Part shown: piece by piece, positions 1-12,279 of the stretch
Layout of the letters: each line of letters opens with the position of its first letter
Position numbering within the stretch: position 1 is the stretch's first letter
Origin: Eledone cirrhosa
Lineage: Eukaryota
Direction: 5' to 3'
DNA: 64,000 nt
Assembly: GCA_964016885.1 (NCBI GenBank)
Contig: OZ024740.1
Coordinates: forward strand, 124,186,001-124,250,000
The notes under the pieces: model-generated
The model's input: only the letters and a program-made list of their open reading frames with translations
Told to the model about the DNA's origin: nothing
Databases searched by the model: none
Program-made: the position numbers and the translations under genes

Positions 1-259
1 TGGTAAATCTTGCAAACTATATTTCGACCAATCGGTGTGTAGTTTCACTGGATTACTAAAGCTGAATGGTTTAGGCGTCACAGTTGGTTGAGCATGTCTA
101 ACGACTACTAATTGACCCTATCCAAAGCATCAATTGTTTTGCTACTTTTAGAAATGATGAAAATAACATTTTCTAGTAATCATCGACATCACTTTTATTA
201 TTATTATTGTTGTTGTTGTTAGTGGTCGTAGTAATAGTCATAGTAGGATACCCCATTAT

Positions 260-1140
260 TATTGTTCATTTAGCTTGGGTTTGAATTTATCAATAAAATA
301 CTTTTCTATGATTTTACTCTTGATTTCACGTGGGCTGTGTAATTTGTAGAATGGGAATATTTATAATATTCCCAGACCAGATGTTGCTACATGGTTACTT
401 AGGGGTATCTGACGGACATTTGGGTATCTGATTTGCTCTCGGTGTACCCGTGCACGTTCTGATAGTGCATTTCCAGTTTGACCGACATATAGTTCTTCAT
501 AATTCGGGCATTTAATGCAGTAAATTAGATTTCTGATTTTGCAGTTCATATTTGCATTTGGGAATATTTTTCCAGTTTTTGTTTTCATATATTGGCCGGC
601 GTGTATGGATTGACATGTGCCACATCGACTATCATTGCATTTAGATACAGTGAATGATTGTTCTTTGTTGTTAAGGTCAAATTTAGCTTTTGTTAGTAAT
701 TGCTTCAAATTTTTCGGCTGTCTTTTACTAAGAGTCAAAGATCGATCTGTGATTAACACTTTTAATTCATTACTTTGAGCAATGATCAGTAGGTTTGCTT
801 TGGCAGTGTTGAAGATATTCTGGTGACATGGGTTGTGTGTCATTATAAATGGTATGACCAGTTCTTGGTTTCTTCTTCCTTGGGTTGTCCTAAGTTGTTG
901 TATAGGTATTTTTATAGCTCGCTGTATGCCATTTTCTATAAGTAGAGATGGGTATTTTTGTTTGAGCAAAAATTCTTTTAGTTCTGTTAGGCGTTTGTAC
1001 CTGGTATTCGTATCTTCTGCAATGGTACAAATTCTTCTGGCGAGGCAGTATGAGGTGGATGGCACGACTTAAAATTCAGATGTTGATGGGTGTCTGTCTG
1101 TTTTTAATATATATCCGTGGTAATGGTGGTGTCGTTTTTG
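260..1140 (-). mobile_element. Penelope-like element 3' fragment (RT thumb, Cys-rich linker, GIY-YIG endonuclease), frameshifted; Neptune-like
   Basis: ORF 361-1065 contains LARRICTI (thumb), KCNDSRCGTC (linker) and NLIYCIKC..LYVGQTG (GIY-YIG). The C-terminus EKYFIDKFKPKLN continues in another frame to ~260. Confidence 0.88.
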
Positions 1141-1167
1141 AAGTGACCAATATACTAATAATTCTTC

Positions 1168-1267
1168 ACCATGCGCTGATGAGCAAGAATTGGTATTCCT
1201 CTTCCCAATTAATTTTGTGAAACAGCACTATCAAAGCTGTCCGGGGGGGGGGGGGGGGGGCATTGGT
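1168..1267 (+). ncRNA. Type I hammerhead ribozyme motif, stem I interrupted by a G18 run
   Basis: ACCATGCG, then CTGATGA (1176-1182), stem II (AATTGG/CCAATT), GAAA (1219-1222), stem III CAGC/GCTG, TC (GUC site at 1241), then C-G18-CATTGGT. Confidence 0.8.
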
Positions 1268-1521
1268 AGTTACCACAATTCCGGTTTGTATTTACCGTCT
1301 TGATTTATTCTTAAATTGAGTCTGGCAAACCCTATTGACTATAGTTAGTATTCTTTGCACCTTAGCGAATCTGGTCCCTTACGATTTGAACACATATATG
1401 TATATGTCTGTGTTCGTTTTTCTTTTATATTCAGTTATAATATACGGCACGGAAAAATCTATTTCCTAGAGCTATTTTATTTTAAGATACTATTTTGAGT
1501 TTCTAACTCAATATATACCTT

Positions 1522-1554
<33 letters not shown>

Positions 1555-1559
<5 letters not shown>

Positions 1560-1619
1560 ATACTTTGGGAGGGTCATGTTGCCAATAAGAAACACACGCA
1601 CCAGATGCTTTCACTTCAA
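1555..1619. repeat. Short dispersed repeat next to (TA)n; same family as the fold-back at 8957-9092
   Basis: ttgttatactttgggagggtcatgttgccaataagaaacacacgcacc... is near-identical to the arms at 8957-9092. Confidence 0.8.
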
Positions 1620-1624
1620 TTTAT

Positions 1625-2916
1625 TATAATACATTTATAATAAATTTATAAATTTATAAATTTCTGGTTGGTTGGTTGGTTCCACAACCAGATAGTTGTT
1701 TATATATAGTCATAGTTCTTTCGTCACACACTCTGTGACCTCTTCAGTGAGTGGGGATTCCTTTCTTTGTTTCTGTGCCTCTCCTTTGTTCTGTCCTACG
1801 CCATTTTGTTTCTGTGTGTGTGTTGTGTGCTCAGTCTGCGCATGCGCCACATCCGGGTGTCTGTGTGTTTATGTTCATTTATTTATTTGTTTATTTACAT
1901 GTTACTGGTTGGTTGTTTGTTCTATGTGTGTGTGTGTTTTCATTTTGTCCATAATTGTAAGTTGTGATGTTGCTGTTCCACTCATATTTTCTATTTAATT
2001 TTGGTTGTAATTCTTTTATGTTTATTGCCTCTGTAATTTGTCTAAACATTGCATCTTTTCTGTGTGTAGATTCTATTTTTATTTCTATGTTCTCTAATTT
2101 ACCCTTGTGTTCTATCTTAGCATGTTGGTAGAGTACAGATGATTCTTTATTATCTTGAAGGTCTCGCCAGTGTTCATTTATCCGTTCCCCTACACTACGA
2201 GCTGTCTCACCTTTGTACACTATATTTTTGTCTCTACATTGTCCTTCAGTACATCTTATGCTATACACTACATTTCTAGTTTTACAGTTAATATGGGGGC
2301 TTATTTTACAGGTTATATATTTCTTATCTATACATGAAGGTCTTTGAAAAGGGTATGTCTTGCTAATAAGTGTTTTTACGGAGGTACCTGGTCTTTCTAC
2401 TATCTTAATATTGAGTTTATGTTTATTTAGGGCCCTTCTAAATGTGTAAGCTAATTCACCTCTAGGGGTTGTATCGATGAACATTACACTCTGGTATTTA
2501 TTGCTATCATACCATGCGTTTATTCTATTAGCCTTGTTCCTAGTTCTTTCTATTCTATTCCAAAATTTGCTCCTTTACAAGGGGCAGGTCCCATTTATGT
2601 CATTATTTACCATTTTTTCCCATTTGGTTCTAGCTCCTCTATACACTCTGATTTTATCTCTCTGATTGTAGCCAGAGAACTGCATACGGTGGATGAAGTG
2701 TTGTATGTGTCTCTCTAGTTCTTCGGGGTTGCACATACGGGACACATTTCTCATCACCCGTACCAAATCCGCAATCAGTATGTTGATTTTGGTATGGTCC
2801 GAAACGGCCGAGTTTCGGTGGATCAGATGTTTGGAAGTCATGGGTTTGGCATAATGGGAATGGAGGATTTGTTTTTTGTTGTTAATGGTATCTAACCAGA
2901 GCTCTGTGTCTAGTAC

Positions 2917-2920
<4 letters not shown>
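1625..2920 (-). mobile_element. 5'-truncated Penelope-like element (RT thumb + GIY-YIG + 3' UTR with HHR)
   Basis: ORFs 2575-2920 (IPVLDTELWLD..HYAKPMTSK..LVRVMRN) and 1891-2484 (CKTRNVVYSIRC..YKGETARSVGERINEH..EAINIKELQPKLN). The 5' end is truncated at (TA)n. Confidence 0.88.
1708..1752 (-). ncRNA. Minimal type I hammerhead in PLE 3' UTR
   Basis: Minus strand reads ACTCA CTGAAGA G GTCACA-GAGTG-TGTGAC GAAA GAAC TA TGACT. One stem I mismatch; the stem III loop GAAC is one change from palindromic GTAC. Confidence 0.75.
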
Positions 2921-2979
<59 letters not shown>

Positions 2980-3569
2980 TGGAAAAGGATGAAAGGAAAT
3001 TTCATTTCTCACTCTTAGTACGACTGATACCTAAATATATATGCATACGTACATACATATATGTGTACAGACATATATGTGTACAGACGTACAGTAGTAT
3101 GTATATATATACATACATGCACACATATATATATGTACGTATGGGTTTACCGAACATTTATTATAATGTTCGGTTTGTTTGTAAACAAACAACCCGAATT
3201 ACGCCGTAGAGTGTTCGGCAACCATCGTCGCCCTTTTGTTCAACACTGACACAGGAACGATGTACTAGTTTCAAGCTTATTAGCTATCGTCAGCATCGTA
3301 TACCTTTCTGTCAGATGATTGAACGTTTGAAAGTATATACTTTCCTTATGCATATTAACGGCTGAGAAGCCTAATTTGCATATCGAGTGAGTTAGTCGTG
3401 TGCATGTATCTATATATATACATATTACTGTACGTCTGTACACATATATGTATGTACGTATACATACTTATATTTAGGTATCAGCCGTACTAAGAGTGAG
3501 AAACGAAATTTCATTTCATTCTTTTCCAGCAATCGTTTTCCCGGCCGACTAACTCACTCGATATGCAAA
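2980..3569 (-). mobile_element. Retrozyme-like non-coding repeat, cluster 1: one near-full ~420 bp unit (2980-3397) plus an inverted partial copy (3398-3569)
   Basis: Homologous to 44848-45945 and 48110-48985. Contains an HHR at 3257-3299, an octamer at 3374-3381 and internal palindromes (ccgaacatt..aatgttcgg; gaaagtatatactttc). Confidence 0.85.
3257..3299 (-). ncRNA. Intact minimal type I hammerhead ribozyme
   Basis: Minus strand reads ACGATG CTGACGA T-AGCT-AATA-AGCT-T GAAA CTAG TA CATCGT: perfect 6-bp stem I, palindromic CUAG loop, GUA cleavage triplet. Confidence 0.92.
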
Positions 3570-6102
3570 CAACTCTGCTCTACTCTGGACACCAAGACAA
3601 GCACATTTATGACGTTGAACTTGTGCTTACCGTCCGAGCAACTCGAGCATTGATCGGATGGGAGCCAGTCAGCGAGCGCATCATAACCCCCCGTTTTTAA
3701 AGTGGGCATGCGAAAATCACTGTTGTTCAGGGCTACGCACCGACTGATGATGCAACCGACATTGACAAGGACGTCTTCTACGAACAGCTGCAGGACACAT
3801 TTAATAACCTGCCCAGCCATGACATCAAACTACTGATCGTGATTTCAACGCTCAGATTGGCTGCAACAGACAGGGTCTGAAACAGTTCACTGGGCCATTC
3901 GGTCCTGCTGCGGTCACCACGGACAACGGCGAGATTCTGCAGCTGTTTTGTGTCATCACCAGTTTGTGCATTAGCAACCCCTATTTCAAACAAAAGGCAA
4001 TTCACAAGGCTACTTGGCAGTCTCCGGACCAGAAAAGCCGAAACGAGATCGACTACATCTGTATCCACCAGCGCTGGTGGTCCTCGGTACGTGACGTCAG
4101 AGTGTACCGAGGTGCAGACGTGGGCTCAGACCACCACCTACTGTGTGAGGAACTTCAACTGTGCCTCAAGAAACGGACATGACAGGAAAGACCAAAGCCA
4201 TATGCAGTGGAGAAGCTGAAGTATCCCGGTCAAGCGCGACTGTACCAATTGGCGCTACACAACCAATTCCAGCAGTTGAATGAAACTGCAGATCTGGAAG
4301 ATCAATGGATGATGTTCACGACAGGTGTGACTGAGGCAGCACAAGAAACTATTAGCCTAAAGATGAGGAACGAGGAGGGAAAAATGGATCCAAGAACCAA
4401 CGTGGGACCTGATTTTCAGACGAAAAAAGGCAAAAGTAGAGCGAGATTCTGCCAGATCGGAGGAAGACCAAAAGAAAAGAGATACCGTATACTGCCAAAT
4501 CGACCGACTGGTAAAGCGACAAACGTGACTGGCTGGAGAAAAAGGGTACTGAGGCAGATGAAGCTGCTGGTCGAAATGACACAAAAGCACTGTTCAGCAT
4601 CGTAAGGGAGTTCACAGGAATGTCGAGCGGTGCCAGCTGCCAGTGGAGGACAAAATTGATAAGACGTTTACCACTGGAACGGAACAGGAGCAGAGATGAA
4701 TGGAGTACTTCCGGGAGATGCTGAACCAACCAGATCCGGTCGGCTGATAGACATGACCGCAGAGACTCCAGAAACCACTGAGGTACTCAAAGTCTGCGAG
4801 GACCAAGGAAGAGACGAGAGATGCGATTAGCCACTTGAGGAACGGCAAAGCAGGCGGACTGCGTGAGATCTCTGCTCAGCTGCTCAAATTCAGTGAGGAG
4901 AGCACGATAACAGTGTTGACAGACTTGATGAACCACTGCTGGAGGGTTGGTCGTGTTCCCCTTGAGTGGTAGCGCGGTGTCATCGTCAAACCGCCGAAGA
5001 AGGGAAACCTGGCAGACTGCAACAGCTGGCGTGGTATCACATTGCTGTCAGTCCCAGGCAAGGTGTTCTGCACTGTGCTGTTGCATCGACTCCGGCAGGC
5101 TGTCGACTTTGTGCTCCGGGAGGAACAAGCCGGCTTCTGAAAAATCGATCTTGCACAGAACAGATCTTTACACTACGCAACATTCTTGAACAATGTGTTG
5201 AGCTACAACAGACTTTGGCGGTCAATTTTATTGATTTCCAGAAGGCATTCGACAGTGTACACCGGGAGTCACTGTGGAATGTTGCGCAACTGTACGGCAT
5301 TCCCGCAAGATTCATTGCCATTTTCAAGGCCCTGTATGAAAACTCCAGCTGCTGCGTGCGGACTGAGTCCGGTGTGATGGAGTTCTTTGACATTGTCACC
5401 TGAGTCAGACTGGGCTGCATTCTCTCTCCACTGTTGTTCCTGCTGGCAGCCAATTTCATACTAAGGCGAATGGATGAAGGACCCGGTCGAGGAATCCCAT
5501 GGAGAGAACAGTTGAGGCAGAGGGACCTGTCATTCGCCAATGACATCGCTTTGATCGCTGAAAATAATGCAGATCTGCAGGCCCTAACCGCATCCCTACA
5601 AGAGAGTGCTGAAAAGATCGGCCTGAGATACAACACCAAAAAGACCAAGGTCATGAGAACGGCCAGCAACACAGTTCCAGTGATCAGAGTCAACCAACAG
5701 GACCTCGAGGAAGTCGATCACTTCACTTATCTAGGCAGCATCTTGACAGGCAGCGGCAACGCGGAGCTCGACATCAACTGTCGGATCGGCAAAGGAGCCG
5801 CAGTTTTCCAGTGGCTGTGCCCAGTCTGGTCGTCTTCATGCATTAGCACCAAGATAAAGCTCCACTTGTACAAGAGCATCGTGCTACAGACAGTGCTTTA
5901 TGCGAGCGAGACCTGGAAGAGTACGGCAAAAATAGAGACGGTTGAACACTTTCCACCAGAGGTGCCTGCGAAAGATCCTTTGTGTGTCCTGGCGCGACCA
6001 AGTGCGAAAAGAGGAGATCCTGCGGAGAGCCGAGTCGTGGATGCTACAGAGAGTGGTCACAGAGCATTGGTGCCCTCTGGCTGGCCATATTCTGCGTCTG
6101 CC
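3570..6102 (+). mobile_element. Decayed RTE-type LINE (APE endonuclease + RT) with multiple frameshifts and stops
   Basis: Motifs VVQGYAPTDDA, HKATWQSPDQKSRNEIDYICI, VYRGADVGSDHHL, FIDFQKAFDSVHRESLW, DLSFANDIAL, FTYLGSIL and LYASETW. Ends at the TA microsatellite. Confidence 0.92.
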
Positions 6103-6103
6103 A

Positions 6104-7224
<1,121 letters not shown>

Positions 7225-7339
7225 TAATAAAAGGAATTACAACTTTGTCTGATTTACTCGTTTTATTTACAATCCTTTAAAATGTATAATGGTATTAGAA
7301 TGAAATAGTATGGTAGAATATTAAATGTTAAGTGTTAAT

Positions 7340-7378
7340 TGAACAAGTACTTTCATGCTTTCGCAATCTTCAGGTTCA
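7340..7378 (-). ncRNA. Intact minimal type I hammerhead ribozyme
   Basis: Minus strand reads TGAAC CTGAAGA T-TGC-GAAA-GCA-T GAAA GTAC TT GTTCA: stem I TGAAC/GTTCA, palindromic GUAC loop, CUU site. Confidence 0.88.
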
Positions 7379-7494
7379 TAATGTGTGGTGACAGTCAAGT
7401 TTTCAATTTTCAACTGAAAATTGCAAACTTGAAAATTGCAGTTCAAAATTGCAAACTTGACTGTCACCACACATTATGAACCTGAAGATTGCGA
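7361..7494. repeat. Inverted repeat (~55-bp arms) duplicating the 5' half of the HHR
   Basis: 7361-7416 is the reverse complement of 7439-7494 with few mismatches. Confidence 0.9.
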
Positions 7495-7496
7495 TA

Positions 7497-7848
7497 TGGA
7501 GGCACGTGGCTTAGTGGTTAGAGCATTGGCCTTACAATCGAAAGGTTGTGAGTTCAATTCTCAGACCGGGTGACGTGTTGTGTCCTTGAGCAAGACACTT
7601 TATTTCACATTGCTCCAGTTTACTCAGCTGTAGAAATGAGAAAATAGGGACTGTGACCGGGGTCCCTATCATTCCACTGCAAAGTGGTCGTGGAGGTGCC
7701 ACGGCAAAAAAGCACCCAGCACTCACTGTAAATGAGGTTGGTGTTAGGAAGCGCATCCAGCTGTAGAAATCAAGCCAGAATCAGTTCCCGTCCCACCCTT
7801 GCAAGCAGGGAAAAAGCAGACGTAAAATGAAATGATGAAATGATGATG

Positions 7849-7850
<2 letters not shown>
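7497..7850 (+). mobile_element. tRNA-derived SINE with RTE-like 3' tail ending in (GAT)n
   Basis: A box TGGCTTAGTGG, B box GAGTTCAATTC and core gtccttgagcaagacactt. The tail (cactgtaaat..ggttggtgttaggaag.gcatcca.ctgtagaaa) matches the LINE 3' UTR at 22890-23057. Confidence 0.85.
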
Positions 7851-7891
<41 letters not shown>

Positions 7892-7926
7892 TAATATATA
7901 TATATATACACATATATATATATATG

Positions 7927-8859
7927 CTTGTTCACGATTTCACAGAGTTTATATTCATAGAGATCTGGGACTTGTCTATTTCTACTCACTTTCCGTTGCT
8001 AAAACTTTTTTGTTGTTACTCTGGCGTCCCCCTTTATTTACGTGTCCCAACGACTTTTTTTAGCCGTTGTTCGCACCAACCCGAGGCATATGGCCCTTAA
8101 AGCGATGAAATGCCCAGGACGGTTGGAGGGTCACTGATGAAGGACTCACTTTTTCATATGTATCCCATTTGCAACGCCGCAGCTCCATTATTATCATATT
8201 TACACATATATTTTTTCCATGCTGCCATTCCTGTTTCGTTTGTATCTTTACCCCTTCTAGCAGTCTCTCTCTCTCTCTCTGTTAGCCTCCTCCTCAACTT
8301 TCACTCACTCATTCTCTGTCACTACCTCTCCTCCTCCTCTTTCCTCCTCCTCCTTCAAGTTTGACCTGTGTGTAATTCTTTTCTCGCGCGGTCTTGACCG
8401 AGCTGGTATGGAATTTTTTTCTCTCTCTCTTTCGTCTGCGACTTCACAAAACTTGCGTTTACCGAATTCGTAGACCAGACCCCTTTATCTTCTTCTTCTT
8501 CTTCTTCTTCTTCTTCTTCTTCTTCTTCCTCTTCTCTCCTTTTTCTCTCTCTCCCCCCCCCCCGTCAAACTTGGGCGAAATTCTTTCCTTGCTCATATTT
8601 CAACCAGGTTTGATGGTCTTTTGTCTCTTGTTCACGATTTCACAGAGTTTATATTCATAGAGATCTGGGACTTGTCTATTTCTACTCACTTTCCGTTGCT
8701 AAAACTTTTTTGTTGTTTCTCTGGCGTCCCCCTTTATTTACGTGTCCCAACGAATTTTTTTAGCCGTTGTTCGCACCAACCCGAGGCATATGGCCCTTAA
8801 AGCGATGAAATGCCCAGGACGGTTGGAGGGTCACTGATGAAGGACTCACTTTTTCATAT
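7927..8859 (+). repeat. Partial-tandem element: 233-bp direct repeats (7927-8159, 8627-8859), period 700 bp, inserted in (TA)n; probable PLE pseudo-LTR relic
   Basis: The two copies differ at ~2 positions. Each ends shortly after a CTGATGA core with no matching GAAA. Confidence 0.8.
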
Positions 8860-8880
8860 ATATATATATATACATATATA

Positions 8881-8956
<76 letters not shown>

Positions 8957-8957
<1 letters not shown>

Positions 8958-9092
8958 TGTTATACTTTGGGAGGGGTGTCATGTTGCCGATAAGAAACAC
9001 ACGCACCTGTTGCTTTCACAATCATCAGGTTTGAAGTGAAAGCAACTGGTGCGTGTGTTTCTTATTGGCAACATGACCCTCCCAAAGTATAA
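8957..9092. repeat. Fold-back element with a collapsed hammerhead-like remnant at its centre
   Basis: Arms ~8957-9019 and 9036-9092. The minus strand at the centre reads CTGATGA TTGT GAAA GCAAC. Confidence 0.75.
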
Positions 9093-9149
9093 AAATATCG
9101 GTTACAACACACGTTTTCAAGAATCTTGCTAAACAAATTCAGAAACGAA

Positions 9150-9187
<38 letters not shown>

Positions 9188-10668
9188 GGGGGGGAGGAGG
9201 GGGAGAGTGGGATATATCACAACAGGAAAGACTACAAATATTTTATACTCTGAATTAAGTTTTATTTTAGAAACTTGATGAAACAAAAGTTGTAATTAAA
9301 TGAACCTCAGAATGGCATTCATTTGACATTTTGAAGTTAAAATTTCAATCAATTGGAAAAGCTGAGATATCCATTGAAACAGGCTGTCTGTTGTTATTGC
9401 TATTGCTCTTGTTGTTTTGATTTCAATATCTTGAAATAATTTTATTTATCTACTGTGTCATAAATTTGGTTGAAGTGGCAGATTTATGTCATCAAAACTA
9501 TTTTCAGAAGTTTTATATGAGATAACTTCATTATTAGCATGAATTTTACGACTGAGTATTTCCAATTATAGGAAAGTATATTAAAAACAAAAGGTAGAGT
9601 ACGAAGCATGGTGGGCAGTAAAGGAATGTATGTGTCTATGTATGTGTGTTAGCATGCATGCACATAAGTGTTTATATGAAGGCATGTATGTAAGCATTTG
9701 ATTTCAGAGTCTGTGGTGATTTCTTTTCCAATGAAATATATATCCATTGATTTGAAAACAGATTGTGTAACAGCATAAGCATCCACTTATCTCTTTACAC
9801 ACATATATGTGGTGAGTAAAATAATAAGTATATATATACGGGTGGGGGTAATGTGTATGTGTGTGTGCATGTGTATGCATAGATGTTTGTGTATGTATAT
9901 ATATATACAAAGAATAATAACCAATAATAAACTAGCAGTCATCGCCCTCTAGAATAATTAATTATGAAATCTTTTGAAATTAAATATGATGCTTGAAATA
10001 AAATATACTGATTTCTGTACAAACGTTTTTTGCTTTCTTTTTCTTCTTTTAAGCACACCCATACACACAGAAACACACACCATACACACTAATATATGCA
10101 TATATTCATGTACGTAAATTCTGAATAAGGCTATATCGCATGAACAATGAACAAAGTTTTGAAACTGAAGTAACATTTTGATTCTCTGATGTCATTCCTG
10201 AACAGCCTTTTCTCTAAATAGCTACTTTACTATACAGGTTCATGATATATATATATATATAGTCTATAAGAGAGCCTATACATGGTTCCTAATTTTGGCA
10301 GAAATAGCTGATAAATTTCCTTCAAATTACATCATATTCCCTTAATAAAAACAAACTGATTTGATAATGCAATAGTGTAGCTCTAGATGCCCCTGAATTG
10401 ACATTGTGGTTGCAGCCAGAATAAATTTAACTATATATTAACTTGACAAGGGTCGAGCAAGATTTACACATCAGCACCCAATTAATAATGCATTGACTTG
10501 CCATGTTACATATGCATATCTATGTAGTATTCATACTTTTACATTTAGATGACCAGCTGCCATTTCAACATCAGCTTATGATTCCCTTATTGCAGAAAAC
10601 TTTTACACAATACATATTATACTTTCCATATTATAGATTATCATGTGTCTTAAGCATACAGAGGCTTC

Positions 10669-10715
<47 letters not shown>

Positions 10716-11479
10716 TTTGTGTGCATGTGTGTTAGTTAAGTGTGTAGCAACAGTTACAGGTGGGTCCATTTCATTTGGATTGTATTCTAGTGTTAAGAGT
10801 CAAAGTCAGTTTCGCAGCATATGTACAAACTTTATTTGCATATTACACTTGTTTCAATATCAATCAGCTCAAGGTACAATTAAGGCAACAGGGCCCGACT
10901 CTTTTTCAACATCTCATCAGATATGTGAGGTTATATGTGATGTGTATTTGCACATATAAGCTTTTATATCTGATGAGATCTCAATAAAGAATGAAACAGG
11001 CGACCTCTTTTGATTGTACCCTGAGCTGATTGATATCAAAACAATTGTGATATACATATAGAGTTTGTATATATGCTGCAACCCTGACTTTGACTCTGTT
11101 AAATCTATCTATCTATCTATTTATATCATCATCATCATCCATGTATGTCCACTTTTCCTTGCTTGCAAGGGTGGGATGGGTCTTATTAAGCACGGCATCT
11201 CTCCATTCGTCACGGTCCCTTGTCATCTCCTCTGTAAGCTTCAGCGATCTGATGTCTGGTCTCACCACCTCTACCTATGTTTTTTGTGGTCTTATATACA
11301 CAGTTAACTAACCATATCATCAGGGATGTAGCTTGTCCATATAAGAGTATAAGCTGTCAATCCTAGTGTAAACGTTCTTTATAGGATGTTGCAGAAAAGT
11401 TTTAGAAAGAATTGATTGTATTTTATACATACATATACACAGAAATACATTTTTGTATATAATTTTATTGGAATCATAT

Positions 11480-12240
11480 GATGAATTTGGGCTGACAATC
11501 AACCTGAAAAAACAGTGTTGATGTACCAGAATGCACTTGGAAAGACATATATCTCTCCATCTATATCTGTCAAAAGGAGAATAATGAGGGTTGTTGATCA
11601 GTTTATCTACCTGGGTAGTATTCTCTCCAGCAGCAACACCCCTGCTGAAGAGGTACGATACCGGCTGTCTAAAGCTTCTGATTTCTTTGGTTAGCTGAAA
11701 AAGCACCTACGGTCACAGTCAGACATCAGTGTGCACATGGAAGTCGATGTGTATCAAGCATGTGTTCTTACAGTTTTGCTCTATGGATGTGAGATATGGA
11801 AAACATACTGTCAGAATGCAGCGTCTTGAACGCTTCAACCATCAATGCTTGCACTCCATCCTCAAGATCAAAAGGAGGTCTTATACACTAGATAATGATG
11901 TACTACTGCAGAGCTGGATGCCAAGCATCAAGAGCATGATTATGGAACCATGCCTCTAGTGGACAGGTCATATAGTATGCCTAAATGACAGCAGAATCCC
12001 TAAGCATGTTTTGTATGGTGAATTGTTGCAAGGCAAATGCTTACAGTGCAAACCACTCAAGCGCTTCAAAGAATGCCTGAAAGATACATTGAAGAAAGTC
12101 AATATCAACACAGAAACATGGGAAAATCTTGCAGTCAATAGAGCCCAGTGGCTAAATATCATTGCTGCGAGTGTTGAGGAATTTGAAAAGAAGCAGAAGT
12201 TCTATGCTGAATTGAAGCAAGCAGTTATATATATGGGTGA
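11480..12240 (+). mobile_element. RTE (BovB-like) LINE 3' RT fragment, decayed
   Basis: GLTINLKK, FIYLGSILS, RLERFNHQCLHSILKIK, YGELLQGK..KPLKRFKECLKDTLKK..TWENLAVNRAQW. Confidence 0.85.
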
Positions 12241-12279
12241 TGTGTTTGAGATTATAAAGGCACACTTTCCCTCATGGAT

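Noticed and set aside
1-135. Hammerhead at the 3' end of the first PLE
   Set aside because: GAAA segments are present on the minus strand, but the core (TTGATGC) and stem I are too degenerate to support.
3240-3443. Recurrent ~69-aa ORF (also at 45099, 48300, 48703) as a small gene family
   Set aside because: It is simply the translation of the repeat unit across the ribozyme. Start and frame vary between copies and there is no evidence of coding constraint.
7497-7570. tRNA gene
   Set aside because: A and B boxes are present but it continues into a SINE core and tail; no complete cloverleaf.
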